From Klebsiella phage vB_KpM_FBKp34: DNA of 64,000 nt. Positions 9,252 to 18,900 of the stretch are shown here, one piece after another. Below the pieces are notes generated by a model. That model had not been told where the DNA came from, did not search any database, and was given only the letters and a program-made list of their open reading frames with translations. Position 1 is the first letter of the stretch. Every line of letters begins with the position of its first letter. A program made the position numbers and the translations under genes. The stretch lies in the sequence record MW394390.1; one strand, given 5' to 3'.

Positions 9252-9515
9252 ATGCCTTACAGAATTCATGAGATTGTCTTAGTAGATGGGATAGAAGCTA
9301 CTATCCGGGATATCTATAATAAGACTGTTAGAATCAAAGGAGAAGGCACTGAAGAAGACTCTTTCATGACAGTCTGGAGTTATCGTATTCATGAAAAGCC
9401 TTGGTGGGGCCAGGATGTTCTCCCACATAGAATTGAAAAACTTAACGGCGAACTGAGATTTGAGGAAAAGACCTATGCTAAACCCACAACAAAAGCATTT
9501 CTTCCTTACGAATGA
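9252..9515 (+). CDS. hypothetical protein
   Basis: ORF 9180-9515 trimmed to the internal ATG at 9252 to avoid overlap; a GTG at 9234 is an alternative start. Confidence 0.35.
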   Translation: MPYRIHEIVLVDGIEATIRDIYNKTVRIKGEGTEEDSFMTVWSYRIHEKPWWGQDVLPHRIEKLNGELRFEEKTYAKPTTKAFLPYE

Positions 9516-9699
9516 GGATTATAGTGATACTAAAACTTTTAACCTTGAGCAGTTACTATTAGAGCAATCTAATAATAACGTAGGTGAGATGTTTGTTTTG
9601 CTGGTTACAAATTTGTTTGAAAGAAAATTGTTGACAAAAGACGATCTGGCAGATATGATGGGCATCTCCCATTCCCAATTAGAAGAGGCACCTTGGTAA
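9460..9699 (+). CDS. hypothetical protein
   Basis: 79-aa ORF. Confidence 0.4.
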   Translation: MRKRPMLNPQQKHFFLTNEDYSDTKTFNLEQLLLEQSNNNVGEMFVLLVTNLFERKLLTKDDLADMMGISHSQLEEAPW

Positions 9700-10076
9700 T
9701 GAATAAAAATAAAAAACTAATTAAAGCTTTGAACACTTTTAGAAATGAACTTATTAGAGATTTGCATTCCTTTCGAAAATGTTCGGTGAACAGGAAAAAG
9801 ATGGATCAAAGTTATTTCAGTAAAACTTGTAATAAGATTAAACTTGAAATTAAAGAAGTTGATAAGTTAATCGAAGAAGCAAAGTTACAGAAAGAAAAGA
9901 ATTTCTTCGACTTGCGCCCGCAATGTTCAAGTATTGAAAGTGGACCAGAGCCAAGCATCACGATGCTTCTTGAAGACTACTATCGGGAATACTTTCCTGA
10001 AGATTATAAGAAGATGGCAAAAGATTATTTAGATAAACTTATGGAGATGAAGGATGCAGAACAAGTTAGTCTATAA
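9693..10076 (+). CDS. hypothetical protein
   Basis: 127-aa ORF, Lys-rich. Confidence 0.45.
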   Translation: MVMNKNKKLIKALNTFRNELIRDLHSFRKCSVNRKKMDQSYFSKTCNKIKLEIKEVDKLIEEAKLQKEKNFFDLRPQCSSIESGPEPSITMLLEDYYREYFPEDYKKMAKDYLDKLMEMKDAEQVSL

Positions 10077-10090
10077 AGTTGGAGATTTGA

Positions 10091-10753
10091 TTGAAACAAA
10101 AACTTGTACATAACTATGGCATTAATGATAGTGTAGACCCTGTCTCTATAAATAGATTTGAAGATGGTAAATGGAAGCAAATTTGGCTCTGTCCGATATA
10201 TAGCCGATGGAAAGACATTCTTAGAAGATGTTATAATTTAAAACAAAAAGATCCATATTATTTTGTCTATGAAGGTTGTACTGTAAGTGAAGAGTGGAAA
10301 TACTTTTCAAATTTTAAAGCTTGGGCCATATCTAAGGATTTTGATAATTTATGCATTGATAAGGATATATTAATTAAAGGTAATAAGCTTTATAGTAAAG
10401 AGACTTGCGTTATGGTTCCGAACTATATTAACTGCCTATTAACAGATAGTAGATCTGCAAGAGGACACCTCCCACTAGGGGTAAGTCTTAAAAAGAAGAA
10501 AAAGCCTCATCATAGGGATAGGTTCCAAGCTTATTGTCATGTATCTGGTAAGATTGTTTATCTAGGTTATCATAACTCACCAGACCTTGCTCATAAACAG
10601 TGGCAAGATTATAAAATTATTGCAATCAAGGAAAGCTTACAAAAATATAAAGAATCTGCACACTTTAATAAGGTTGTTGAAACTGCCTTACTTGATAGGA
10701 TCCAAGATATAAAAGAAGATATAAGTTTAAATAGAGAGACATTAAAATTATAG
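10091..10753 (+). CDS. homing-endonuclease-like protein (HNH_3-like region + AP2 DNA-binding domain)
   Basis: 220 aa; IDKDILIKGNKLYSKETCVMVPNYIN resembles an HNH_3 core; C-terminal RFQAYCHVSGKIVYLGYHNSPDLAHKQW matches the AP2 fold; paralog of 34973-35671. Confidence 0.55.
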   Translation: MKQKLVHNYGINDSVDPVSINRFEDGKWKQIWLCPIYSRWKDILRRCYNLKQKDPYYFVYEGCTVSEEWKYFSNFKAWAISKDFDNLCIDKDILIKGNKLYSKETCVMVPNYINCLLTDSRSARGHLPLGVSLKKKKKPHHRDRFQAYCHVSGKIVYLGYHNSPDLAHKQWQDYKIIAIKESLQKYKESAHFNKVVETALLDRIQDIKEDISLNRETLKL

Positions 10754-10761
10754 GGGGTAAT

Positions 10762-11277
10762 ATGTTGAAATATAAAGTGATGGATTTGTTATTGGCTGCA
10801 AAAAGTGGAGAAGTAAATGTTATTGCACAACAATGTAACTGTTTTAATGCACGTAAACGTGGGATTGCCCCACTTTTAGATAAAGCTTTCCCGGAAGTCG
10901 CTATTGCAGATGATTCAACTATTAAAGGAGACCCTAAAAAATTTGGAGATTTCTCATATGCCCATTCTCCATTGTATAATTTAAGTATTTATAATTTATA
11001 CGGACAGTGGGGTTGGTGGAAACGTGAGGATGGAAAACCAAATACAGATTTAGATAAGCTTGAATCTTCTTTCAAAGCTATGTCTAAACAGCTAATGCTT
11101 TTTGAAAATCAGGATCTTAAAATTGGACTTCCCAAACTTGGTGCAGGTCTTGGAGGAGCAGAGTGGTCTTCTGTTGAAGATATTATCAAAAAGACATTGT
11201 GTGAAGCCGGGTACAATGTTACCATCTATGTACTTGATGAAGCTGAAATCCCTGAAAATGCCACTGTGATCAAATAA
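10762..11277 (+). CDS. macro-domain protein (ADP-ribose binding/hydrolase)
   Basis: 171 aa; VIAQQCNCFNARKRGIAPLLDKAF (macro N-terminal Gly-rich motif) and IGLPKLGAGLGGAEW (second macro motif). Confidence 0.55.
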   Translation: MLKYKVMDLLLAAKSGEVNVIAQQCNCFNARKRGIAPLLDKAFPEVAIADDSTIKGDPKKFGDFSYAHSPLYNLSIYNLYGQWGWWKREDGKPNTDLDKLESSFKAMSKQLMLFENQDLKIGLPKLGAGLGGAEWSSVEDIIKKTLCEAGYNVTIYVLDEAEIPENATVIK

Positions 11278-11286
11278 GAGGTCTAT

Positions 11287-12216
11287 ATGAAGTTAGACGA
11301 ACAAGAACTCAAAAAACGTTTTGAATCTAAGAAAAAAGATGCCAGGAAGCGTGGTATTGATTTCAAATTAACCATTGAAGATATGAAAGCACTTTTCTTA
11401 CGTAATGAGGGTAAGTGTGATTATACTGGTGTTACCTTTGATGAGGATAAACATAAGATATCCATTGAACGTTTAGATGATAAACTCGGTTATGAACGAG
11501 GAAATGTTTGTTTAACTTCAGTAGCAGTAAATAGAATAAAAGATTATGCTCTTGACAAAACCGAAGTACAAGTAGTAAGGATCAATGAAACTTCTGAAGC
11601 AATTTTACGAGTAGTTCAAGAGAAAGTTACACCAGAGTATAAAAGGTTTTTATCTTATAAATACAACCATTTAATTAAATTTGAATCTAATGTTTATAAA
11701 AATTATTTTAAAGGTATTGACTATACAAATTTTTATGATAACTTGAATGGTGTCTTAACACAAAAAATTGAACTATCACGTAATGATCAAGGAGTCCTGA
11801 AGATGTCAGATAAACAGATTGCCCCAGATGTACGCATTGCCTCTTACTATTCTGATATGGCTAAACATGCCTCTGCGGAAAAGAAAGAGTTTACAGTTAG
11901 TTTTGCAGAGTTTAAAGCTAAGTTTTCAGGAACTAAGTGCAAATTAACAGGAGAGACAATTGAACTGTCTCAAAAAGTCTTTATCCTGTTAGACCAAACC
12001 CAGGGTTATACTAAAGATAACATAGTGCTTGTAGGTAAAGAGGTGGGTTCAAAGATGGTAGAAGCTAGTAAGCTCTTAGGAATGTCTATTCCAGAGATGG
12101 CTAAGAATCTTAATCCTTTTGTCAAGAACTATGTACCAAAAAAGAAACCTGTACCCAAAACCCCGCTTGTATCTTTAAGCTCTATTATGAAAAGTAAAAG
12201 TGGAGATAAGAAGTGA
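11287..12216 (+). CDS. hypothetical protein with tandem degenerate HNH-like repeats
   Basis: 309 aa; two similar segments (CDYTGVTFDED...ISIERLD...GNVCL...NRIK and CKLTGETIELS...ILLD...DNIVLVGKE) resemble HNH cores lacking the catalytic His. Confidence 0.3.
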   Translation: MKLDEQELKKRFESKKKDARKRGIDFKLTIEDMKALFLRNEGKCDYTGVTFDEDKHKISIERLDDKLGYERGNVCLTSVAVNRIKDYALDKTEVQVVRINETSEAILRVVQEKVTPEYKRFLSYKYNHLIKFESNVYKNYFKGIDYTNFYDNLNGVLTQKIELSRNDQGVLKMSDKQIAPDVRIASYYSDMAKHASAEKKEFTVSFAEFKAKFSGTKCKLTGETIELSQKVFILLDQTQGYTKDNIVLVGKEVGSKMVEASKLLGMSIPEMAKNLNPFVKNYVPKKKPVPKTPLVSLSSIMKSKSGDKK

Positions 12217-12395
12217 TTACAGTAATTAGTTATATTGTCTTAAGACACTTATTTCAAGAAGATTATCCTGGATGGTTGTTATTCCTTCCGGTGGTATTGG
12301 ACTTAACTTTAATTGATCGTATAGGTAAATAGCATATGTATAGAGGTTATGTTTTAAAAAATGAATTTGTTAATAAAATTTTAGGAGAAGAAATG

Positions 12396-12746
12396 AATAA
12401 AGAAATTAAAGTAGCAAAACCACGTTTTCACAAGAAGCGTAAACCAGTCCCAGTTCGTAAGAAAACTGACATTACCGTTTACTATTCCACAGGGGAAAAA
12501 TATACCATTAAAAATGTAAAAGCTTTATGTGTTAAAGGTGATACTATCTGCATTGGTTTGACTCCAGAGGTTAAAAATGGATATTTTGAGGGAAATTCTT
12601 TTGGTTTCACTACTGGAAATGTGGATTCTTTCCTTGTAAAAACACCAAAAGGAAGTTATACTCTTGATTCTGTTGGAGACAATGAGTTTATTCTGACTCA
12701 AGAAGGTTCTGTTATGACTCTGACGGAGCTAAATCAGACCTTTTAA
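12396..12746 (+). CDS. hypothetical protein
   Basis: ORF 12336-12746; the ATG at 12396 is preceded by AGGAGAAG. Confidence 0.45.
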   Translation, partial: NKEIKVAKPRFHKKRKPVPVRKKTDITVYYSTGEKYTIKNVKALCVKGDTICIGLTPEVKNGYFEGNSFGFTTGNVDSFLVKTPKGSYTLDSVGDNEFILTQEGSVMTLTELNQTF

Positions 12747-12758
12747 GGGAGGTATATT

Positions 12759-13196
12759 GTGAGTGTTGATCATAAAGTGTTTGTTTGTTGTTCAAAAGAT
12801 AAAGCCCTTGAAGTATATGGGGCTGTATTAACAGCACTGAGAGAATTTTATCGAAATAGGATTGCAAAGTTACGTTCTCAGTATAATTGCAATACTGTAC
12901 ATGAACTTCCAGAAGAAATTAAGTCAAAACTAAATAATGTTGACATAACCTCTTCTGATTTTAAGCACTTTTGGATCTATTTTAGTACAGAGGAAGAATC
13001 TAGGAACATCTTTATGTCACACTCGTGTTCTTCAGATTATAAAGAGATTTATGATGGGGAGAAGATTATCTTTAGTATAGGTCACTGGGGAGACCACCAA
13101 ATCTATATGGATATTATTAAAGATGCAATTAAAGACTTTGGTGACGTTTATGAAGATGTCAACGATTGCGATGATATTGATTTTGAAAAGGTATAA
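12759..13196 (+). CDS. hypothetical protein
   Basis: 145-aa ORF with RBS GGGAGG. Confidence 0.5.
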   Translation: MSVDHKVFVCCSKDKALEVYGAVLTALREFYRNRIAKLRSQYNCNTVHELPEEIKSKLNNVDITSSDFKHFWIYFSTEEESRNIFMSHSCSSDYKEIYDGEKIIFSIGHWGDHQIYMDIIKDAIKDFGDVYEDVNDCDDIDFEKV

Positions 13197-13223
13197 TTGT
13201 AGTACTAATTAGAGGAGTAATTT

Positions 13224-13661
13224 ATGAATCCACTGTTTGATAAAATTAATGATTGGTTTGAAGATCTTAAGGAATATGCTGAAAACTCTCCCAAAGAGTT
13301 TCTTAAAGATATGGAATATATTTTAGATTCTAGCTTCTTTGAAGAAGTTTATGAGAAACTTGATACTGTTCGAAGCTCTTTGGATGACCTCCGTGAAGAA
13401 GTTGAAGCTAAAGTAGCACCTGAGTTTCGTGTTGAAAAACTTCATAAGTTGATTAAGCTTGTTGAAATTACAGATTTGAAAGGGAAATATGTTCGAGATG
13501 GATTTGAAGAAGATCTTTTTCTGAACCACAAAGATAAGATCCGTCCTCCAGTCAATACCCACCAAGTTGGAGACGTATTCCAAATTGAAGAGGTCGAAGC
13601 ACTCCTCGGTTCAACTGTTCTTAATAAAGAAGCTGTGTTGAAACTTCTGGAAAAACTTTAA
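13224..13661 (+). CDS. hypothetical acidic protein
   Basis: 145-aa ORF with RBS GAGGAG; followed by a terminator. Confidence 0.5.
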   Translation: MNPLFDKINDWFEDLKEYAENSPKEFLKDMEYILDSSFFEEVYEKLDTVRSSLDDLREEVEAKVAPEFRVEKLHKLIKLVEITDLKGKYVRDGFEEDLFLNHKDKIRPPVNTHQVGDVFQIEEVEALLGSTVLNKEAVLKLLEKL

Positions 13662-13682
13662 GGGCGAAAGCCCTTTTATTCA
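13661..13682 (+). terminator. rho-independent terminator
   Basis: AGGGCGAAAGCCCT hairpin followed by TTTATT. Confidence 0.55.
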
Positions 13683-13698
13683 CTTAACAGGGGGTGAA

Positions 13699-14985
13699 AT
13701 GTCTGAGAGTAAAATGCTAATCATGTTTGATTCAAAGAATAATAACAATAAATTCTATGAAGCAACCTTAGATGACGTTGGAAATATTGCAGTTCGTTTT
13801 GGTCGGGTAGGTGGCGGGGTTCAAACTACCTCCTACTCTGGTGGTAAAAAGAAGTTTGACAGTCTTGTTGCATCTAAAATCAAGAAAGGTTATAAAGAAG
13901 CACAACTAGAAGCTGTCTCTGGTGAAACTGGGTTGACTCAAAAAGTTAACGTAGTAGACATTGCACTTAAGCAAATTGATTGTAAAGACGACACAAGTCG
14001 TAATCTTATTCAAGCAATTGCTAAAGCAAACATTCATAATATCACCAGTTCTACCAACATTAAATATGATGAAAAAGATGGTCTGTTTAAGTCTCCTTTA
14101 GGAGTTGTAAAGAAAGCTGCTGTGGAAGAAGCAATGATCCATCTTGGTAATATTGAATCCCTTTTGGATGAATATGAAAAGAGTGGTAAAGGTGAAGATG
14201 AGATCTTAACTTTAAATGATTCTTATTTTGTTCTTATTCCTAATAAAGTTGCAACTACACGTGATAAACGTCACTTGTTGTTTAGTCAGAAAAAGATTGA
14301 TGAACAACGTGAAATTTGTAAAGCACTTCTGGAAACCTTAGACCTTATTGAAGAACTTAAGAAGAATCAGGAAGATAAACCTAAAGAAGAAGTTGAAGTA
14401 GAAAAAATCTTTAATTTTGGTATCTCTCATGTTGAAGATTCTGCTACAATTGATCGTATTGTTAAGTACTACAATGAAAGTAAAAATGCCCAACACGGCG
14501 GTCGCATCATGGGTTCTAAGGTTAAAAATATCTATAAAATTAATCTTGGAAATCAACAAGCACCATTTGATAAAGCCATTACTAAGTATGGAAATGTTCA
14601 TGAACTGTGGCATGGAACACGTGTAGCTAATTTGTTATCTATTTTCTGTAAAGGTTTGATGATGCCTAAGCAATCACCAGGGCAGAAAGCTGGTGCAATG
14701 TTTGCAGACGGTATATATTTCGCTAACCAAAGTTCTAAGAGCATCAACTATTGTGACGGCGGGTACTGGACAGGCGGTTCTGGTAGTGGTAAGGTATACA
14801 TGTTCCTAGCTTCAGTGGCTGTCGGAAATGCTTATACACCTAGAGGTCCAACGAGTCAATTGCCTCCGAAAGGTTATCATTCATATTGGGCGAAGGCTGG
14901 TTACTCTGGAGTCAGAAATGATGAAATCATTGTTTTTGATCTGAGTCAGATTCGTTTAGATTACTTACTTGAAATTGAATATTAA
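13699..14985 (+). CDS. WGR-domain poly(ADP-ribose) polymerase-like ADP-ribosyltransferase (H-Y-E class)
   Basis: 428 aa; N-terminal FYEATL...AVRFGRVGGGVQ (WGR-like); catalytic region HELWHGTRVANLLSIFCKGL...MFADGIYFANQSSKSINYC...NDEIIVFDLSQIRLDYLL is near-collinear with the PARP1 catalytic core (H-G-S, Y-F-A, catalytic Glu at 14923-14925). Confidence 0.8.
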   Translation: MSESKMLIMFDSKNNNNKFYEATLDDVGNIAVRFGRVGGGVQTTSYSGGKKKFDSLVASKIKKGYKEAQLEAVSGETGLTQKVNVVDIALKQIDCKDDTSRNLIQAIAKANIHNITSSTNIKYDEKDGLFKSPLGVVKKAAVEEAMIHLGNIESLLDEYEKSGKGEDEILTLNDSYFVLIPNKVATTRDKRHLLFSQKKIDEQREICKALLETLDLIEELKKNQEDKPKEEVEVEKIFNFGISHVEDSATIDRIVKYYNESKNAQHGGRIMGSKVKNIYKINLGNQQAPFDKAITKYGNVHELWHGTRVANLLSIFCKGLMMPKQSPGQKAGAMFADGIYFANQSSKSINYCDGGYWTGGSGSGKVYMFLASVAVGNAYTPRGPTSQLPPKGYHSYWAKAGYSGVRNDEIIVFDLSQIRLDYLLEIEY

Positions 14986-15002
14986 AATATAAGGAGTGAT
15001 AG

Positions 15003-15470
15003 ATGGGTAAAGCCATTAAAAGTATAGAGTTTGTTTTTGAAAACTGTGAATCCTTGGTGTTTAATTACCCAGATGTCTTTATGTTTAATATTTGGGGTGA
15101 AAAAGAATCTTACCACTCTTACTCTAATTGTATACTGCTTGAGAAAAGTATCTCAGGTTTTTATGCAGGCATTAATAAAGATGCAAAACCCACACATGAA
15201 AGTTGCTACTGGGGAAATGAAGGGCAAGAACCAAATTTATATCACTTATTACAATATAAGGATGTTACTCAGGTTCTTATTAATTTCGAAAATTCTGGCT
15301 CATGTTGTTACTTTGTTGAATGGCCCGAGGGGGATTCAACAAGCCATAGTGGGCAATCTTGGCAAAAAACAGAAGAAGGTCATATCTTCTATTTGAGTAC
15401 TATGAAAGATAGTCCTCAAGAGATTCCATCTATAGAAGACGTTGATAGTTTTGCATATATGGCACTTTAA
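15003..15470 (+). CDS. hypothetical protein
   Basis: 155-aa ORF with RBS AAGGAG. Confidence 0.5.
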   Translation: MGKAIKSIEFVFENCESLVFNYPDVFMFNIWGEKESYHSYSNCILLEKSISGFYAGINKDAKPTHESCYWGNEGQEPNLYHLLQYKDVTQVLINFENSGSCCYFVEWPEGDSTSHSGQSWQKTEEGHIFYLSTMKDSPQEIPSIEDVDSFAYMAL

Positions 15471-15482
15471 AAGGAAACTAAA

Positions 15483-15890
15483 ATGATTATTGAAAAAATG
15501 AAACAAGACCAACTTGCTTTTCGTAAATCCGGTGATAAAGAAAAGGCTGCTACTCTAACCTTTCTTTTAGGAAAATTGTCACAAGATAAAAATTCAACTG
15601 ACGAAGATGCTATTGCCTTAATTAAGTCTACTGTAAAATCTACTCGTGCAAGTCTTGAAGGTCATGAAGCACAACTGAAACAGTATGAAGAAGAAATTGC
15701 TTTTATGGAAAGTTATCTTCCTGCACAGTTGAGTGAAGAAGAGATTCGTGATTTCTTGGATACTGCGGTACAGAATGGTGATAAAATCACTATGAGTTTC
15801 ATGGGTAAAATTAACATGGTTGCTAAAGCTGCTGGTAAAACAGTAGACAACCAATTAGCAAAAACTATTCTTCAAGCTTATCTGATTTAA
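15483..15890 (+). CDS. GatB/YqeY-domain protein
   Basis: 135 aa; IALIKSTVKSTRASLEG...EEEIAFMESYLPAQLSEEEIRDFL...MGKINMVAKAAGKTVDNQLAKTILQAYL matches the YqeY/GatB C-terminal domain. Confidence 0.6.
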   Translation: MIIEKMKQDQLAFRKSGDKEKAATLTFLLGKLSQDKNSTDEDAIALIKSTVKSTRASLEGHEAQLKQYEEEIAFMESYLPAQLSEEEIRDFLDTAVQNGDKITMSFMGKINMVAKAAGKTVDNQLAKTILQAYLI

Positions 15891-15937
15891 ATCAAGATCT
15901 GAAATCAGAATAAAAGCTAAAATAAGGATCTACTTTT

Positions 15938-15967
15938 AAGCCAGTTAACGCTGGCTTCTTATTTTGG
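15938..15967 (+). terminator. stem-loop AAGCCAG-TTAACG-CTGGCTT with U tract (terminator or 5'-UTR hairpin)
   Basis: perfect 7-bp stem followed by CTTATTTTGG; a near-identical hairpin recurs at 39760. Confidence 0.5.
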
Positions 15968-15974
15968 AGGAATA

Positions 15975-18900
15975 ATGCACCACCCATACAAAATTATAAA
16001 ACGTGATGGACGCACTGAACAATTTGATGAACGTAAAGTTTACAATGCAGTATATCAAGCAGCACTAGCTAACTCTTCATTATCAATCACAGCAGAACAT
16101 GTTGCTGATCAAATCACAGAACACGTTATTAAAAATCTCAAAGAGAATAAGTCAGTCTCAAATGTTCAAAAAATGATTGAAGATTTCCTTATGTCTAATC
16201 CAAAGACATATGATATAGCCAGAACCTATATTGAGTACAGACATGATAGAGATAAAATTCGTGAAGGAAATGGGAAACTTTATAATGACATCTCTGGCTT
16301 CTTAGAACAAACAGCAGAAGAATTTACTCGTGAGAACGCTAATAAACCCAGCAATGTTGTAAACACGCACAGAGACCTCTTAGCAGGGATTTTAAGTAAG
16401 CATGTAGCATTAACTCAAATACTACCTAAAAACCTCTCAGAATGGCATACAAGCGGTTTTGGGCATATTCATGACCTAGATTATCTAATCAGTCCTCTTA
16501 CAAATTGTCTAGGAAGAGAAACAGCTTTTATCACAAAAGAAGGAACAAAAACGTTTTTCGATTTTAATAGTGGAGATGATGTCCTAGCCTTAACCCATAC
16601 AGGTACTTTTAAGAAGGCAAAAGTTTACAATTATGGGTACGGACTTTTAAATGAAATTACATTAAAACGTGGACGTCTAAGAAAAACAATACGTGCAACA
16701 GCTAATCACAGGTGGTTATTAGAGGATGGCACAGTCACTACTAACCTTAAGGTAGGTGATAAACTACTGAAAACTCCTACAACATATAATAGAGATTGGG
16801 CCACATTGAGCAACTCTGAAAAAAGAGCTTGGTGTTTTGGTTTTGGATATGCAGATGGTGTGAGTAGGATTACACAATGGGGTAATTTTTTTACTATACC
16901 CCTTATTGGTAAAAAACAGGATTATCAAGAATTATTTGAAGATGCTGGATTTAGAGTTACTAAAACAAAGTTGTACTCTGTAGTACATTTAGGTAAATTA
17001 GAAAAATTTTTACCTACAACATTAACCCATACAGAAAATGAGATTTTTTGTTTTGTTGATGGGCTTATAGCAGCAGACGGACATAAAAAATATAGACCTA
17101 AGCTAAATAAAAATATTCCAGCGTCGATTCAGATGACTGGAGAAGAAATAAATGACTTTATACAAACTTGGTTTGAACCTGCTGGGTATTATTTGGGGGC
17201 AACGTTAGATCTTTCCTGTCAAGAAACAAATTATGGTAAAAGAAACGGAAAAACTATAGAATATAAATTAAACCCAGAACAGAACCATATGGCATGGACT
17301 GTCACTGAAATTATCAACACAGGCAAAGAAGAGGAGGTGTGGTGTTTGGAGGTGGAAGAAGATGCAAGTTTTATTCTTTCTAATGGAGTAGTCACAGGTA
17401 ACTGTTGTCTTGTTAACTATCAAGATATGTTAGAAAATGGTTTCCATATTGGAAATGCTTTCATTGAAAAACCTAAATCAATTGGTGTTGCTACTACAGT
17501 GTTGACACAAATTATTCAGGCGGTGGCCTCTAGTCAATATGGTGGACAAACTTGCGCACATATTGATACAGGATTAAAACAGTATGTAGAGTCAACATAC
17601 TATAGGAATGAAGGTTTATTTAATCAATATAATATCTCAGAATATAAAGTAGATGCTTTTAGGAAAACAGAACAAGATGTCTATGATGCAATGCAAACCC
17701 TTATTTATCAGGTTAATACATTAATGAGTGTAAATGGTCAGTCTCCATTCATCACTATTAGTCTTGGTTTAGATACTTCAGAATTTGGTAGAATGATCAC
17801 TCGTAACTATCTAAAAATTCATAAAGAAGGTCTGGGTAAAGATAAAGTAACACCTGTGTTCCCGAAAGTGATTTTCTTTCTTGAAGAAGGTGTAAACATG
17901 CACCCTGATGATCCTAATTATGACCTGAAACAACTAGCAATGGAGTGTTGTGCAGAAAGAATTTATCCAGATTTTATTTCAGTTCCTAGAAATAAACTAG
18001 TTACAAAATCTTCAAAAGGTCATGTTACTAGCATGGGCTGTCGTAGCTTCCTTTCTTATTTTGCTACAGAACAAGGTGAGAAATATGATGGCAGATTTAA
18101 TCTTGGGGTAGTGTCTTTAAACCTACCGATGATTGCCAAGGATTGTACCACCAACGGAAAACTTTTTCTTGAAGAACTTTATAAGCATATGCAAACAGCA
18201 TATGAAGCACATATGCTGAGGATTAATCGCCTTAAGGGAACTAAAGCAAAACAAAATCCTGTGATGTTCGTTGAAGGAGCATTAGCTAGACTCGATCCTG
18301 AAGAAACTATTGACAAACTTTTTTACAAAGGTTATGCTTCAGCAAGTTTTGGTTATGTAGGGCTTTACGAATGTGTAAAAATCCTTTATCCAGAGGTAAC
18401 TTTAGACGAGTACAAGGATTTTGGACAAAAAATTCTTAAATTTATGTCTAATATGGCAGAAGATTATAAAAAGAAAACAGGTGTAGGTTTTGGTCTTTAT
18501 GGAACCCCAGCAGAATCACTTTGCTATAAGTTTGCTAATAAAATTAATGAGAAATTCCCAGGAACTATCGAGAAAGATTACTTGACCAACTCTTTCCATG
18601 TTCCAGTAGACCAAGAAGTAGACCCTTTTACTAAATGGAATGTTGAATCAGGGTTTGACTTTATCAGTTCAGGTGGTAATATAGGTTATGTTGAGACACC
18701 AAATCTGAAACACAACATGCAAGGACTGGAAGCATTAATCAACTATGGATATGAAAATATTCATTACTTTGGGATTAATCAACCTGTTGATAAATGTCTG
18801 AAGTGTGGCTTTCATGGAGAGTTTAAAGCAACAGCAGAAGGCTTTGAATGTCCTGATTGTGGCAATACTGAGGAAGGAACGATCAACGTGATTCGGAGAG

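Noticed and set aside
15031-15396. Alternative-frame 121-aa ORF inside 15003-15470
   Set aside because: It is same-strand and nested in another frame. The outer ORF has the RBS and a non-repetitive sequence.
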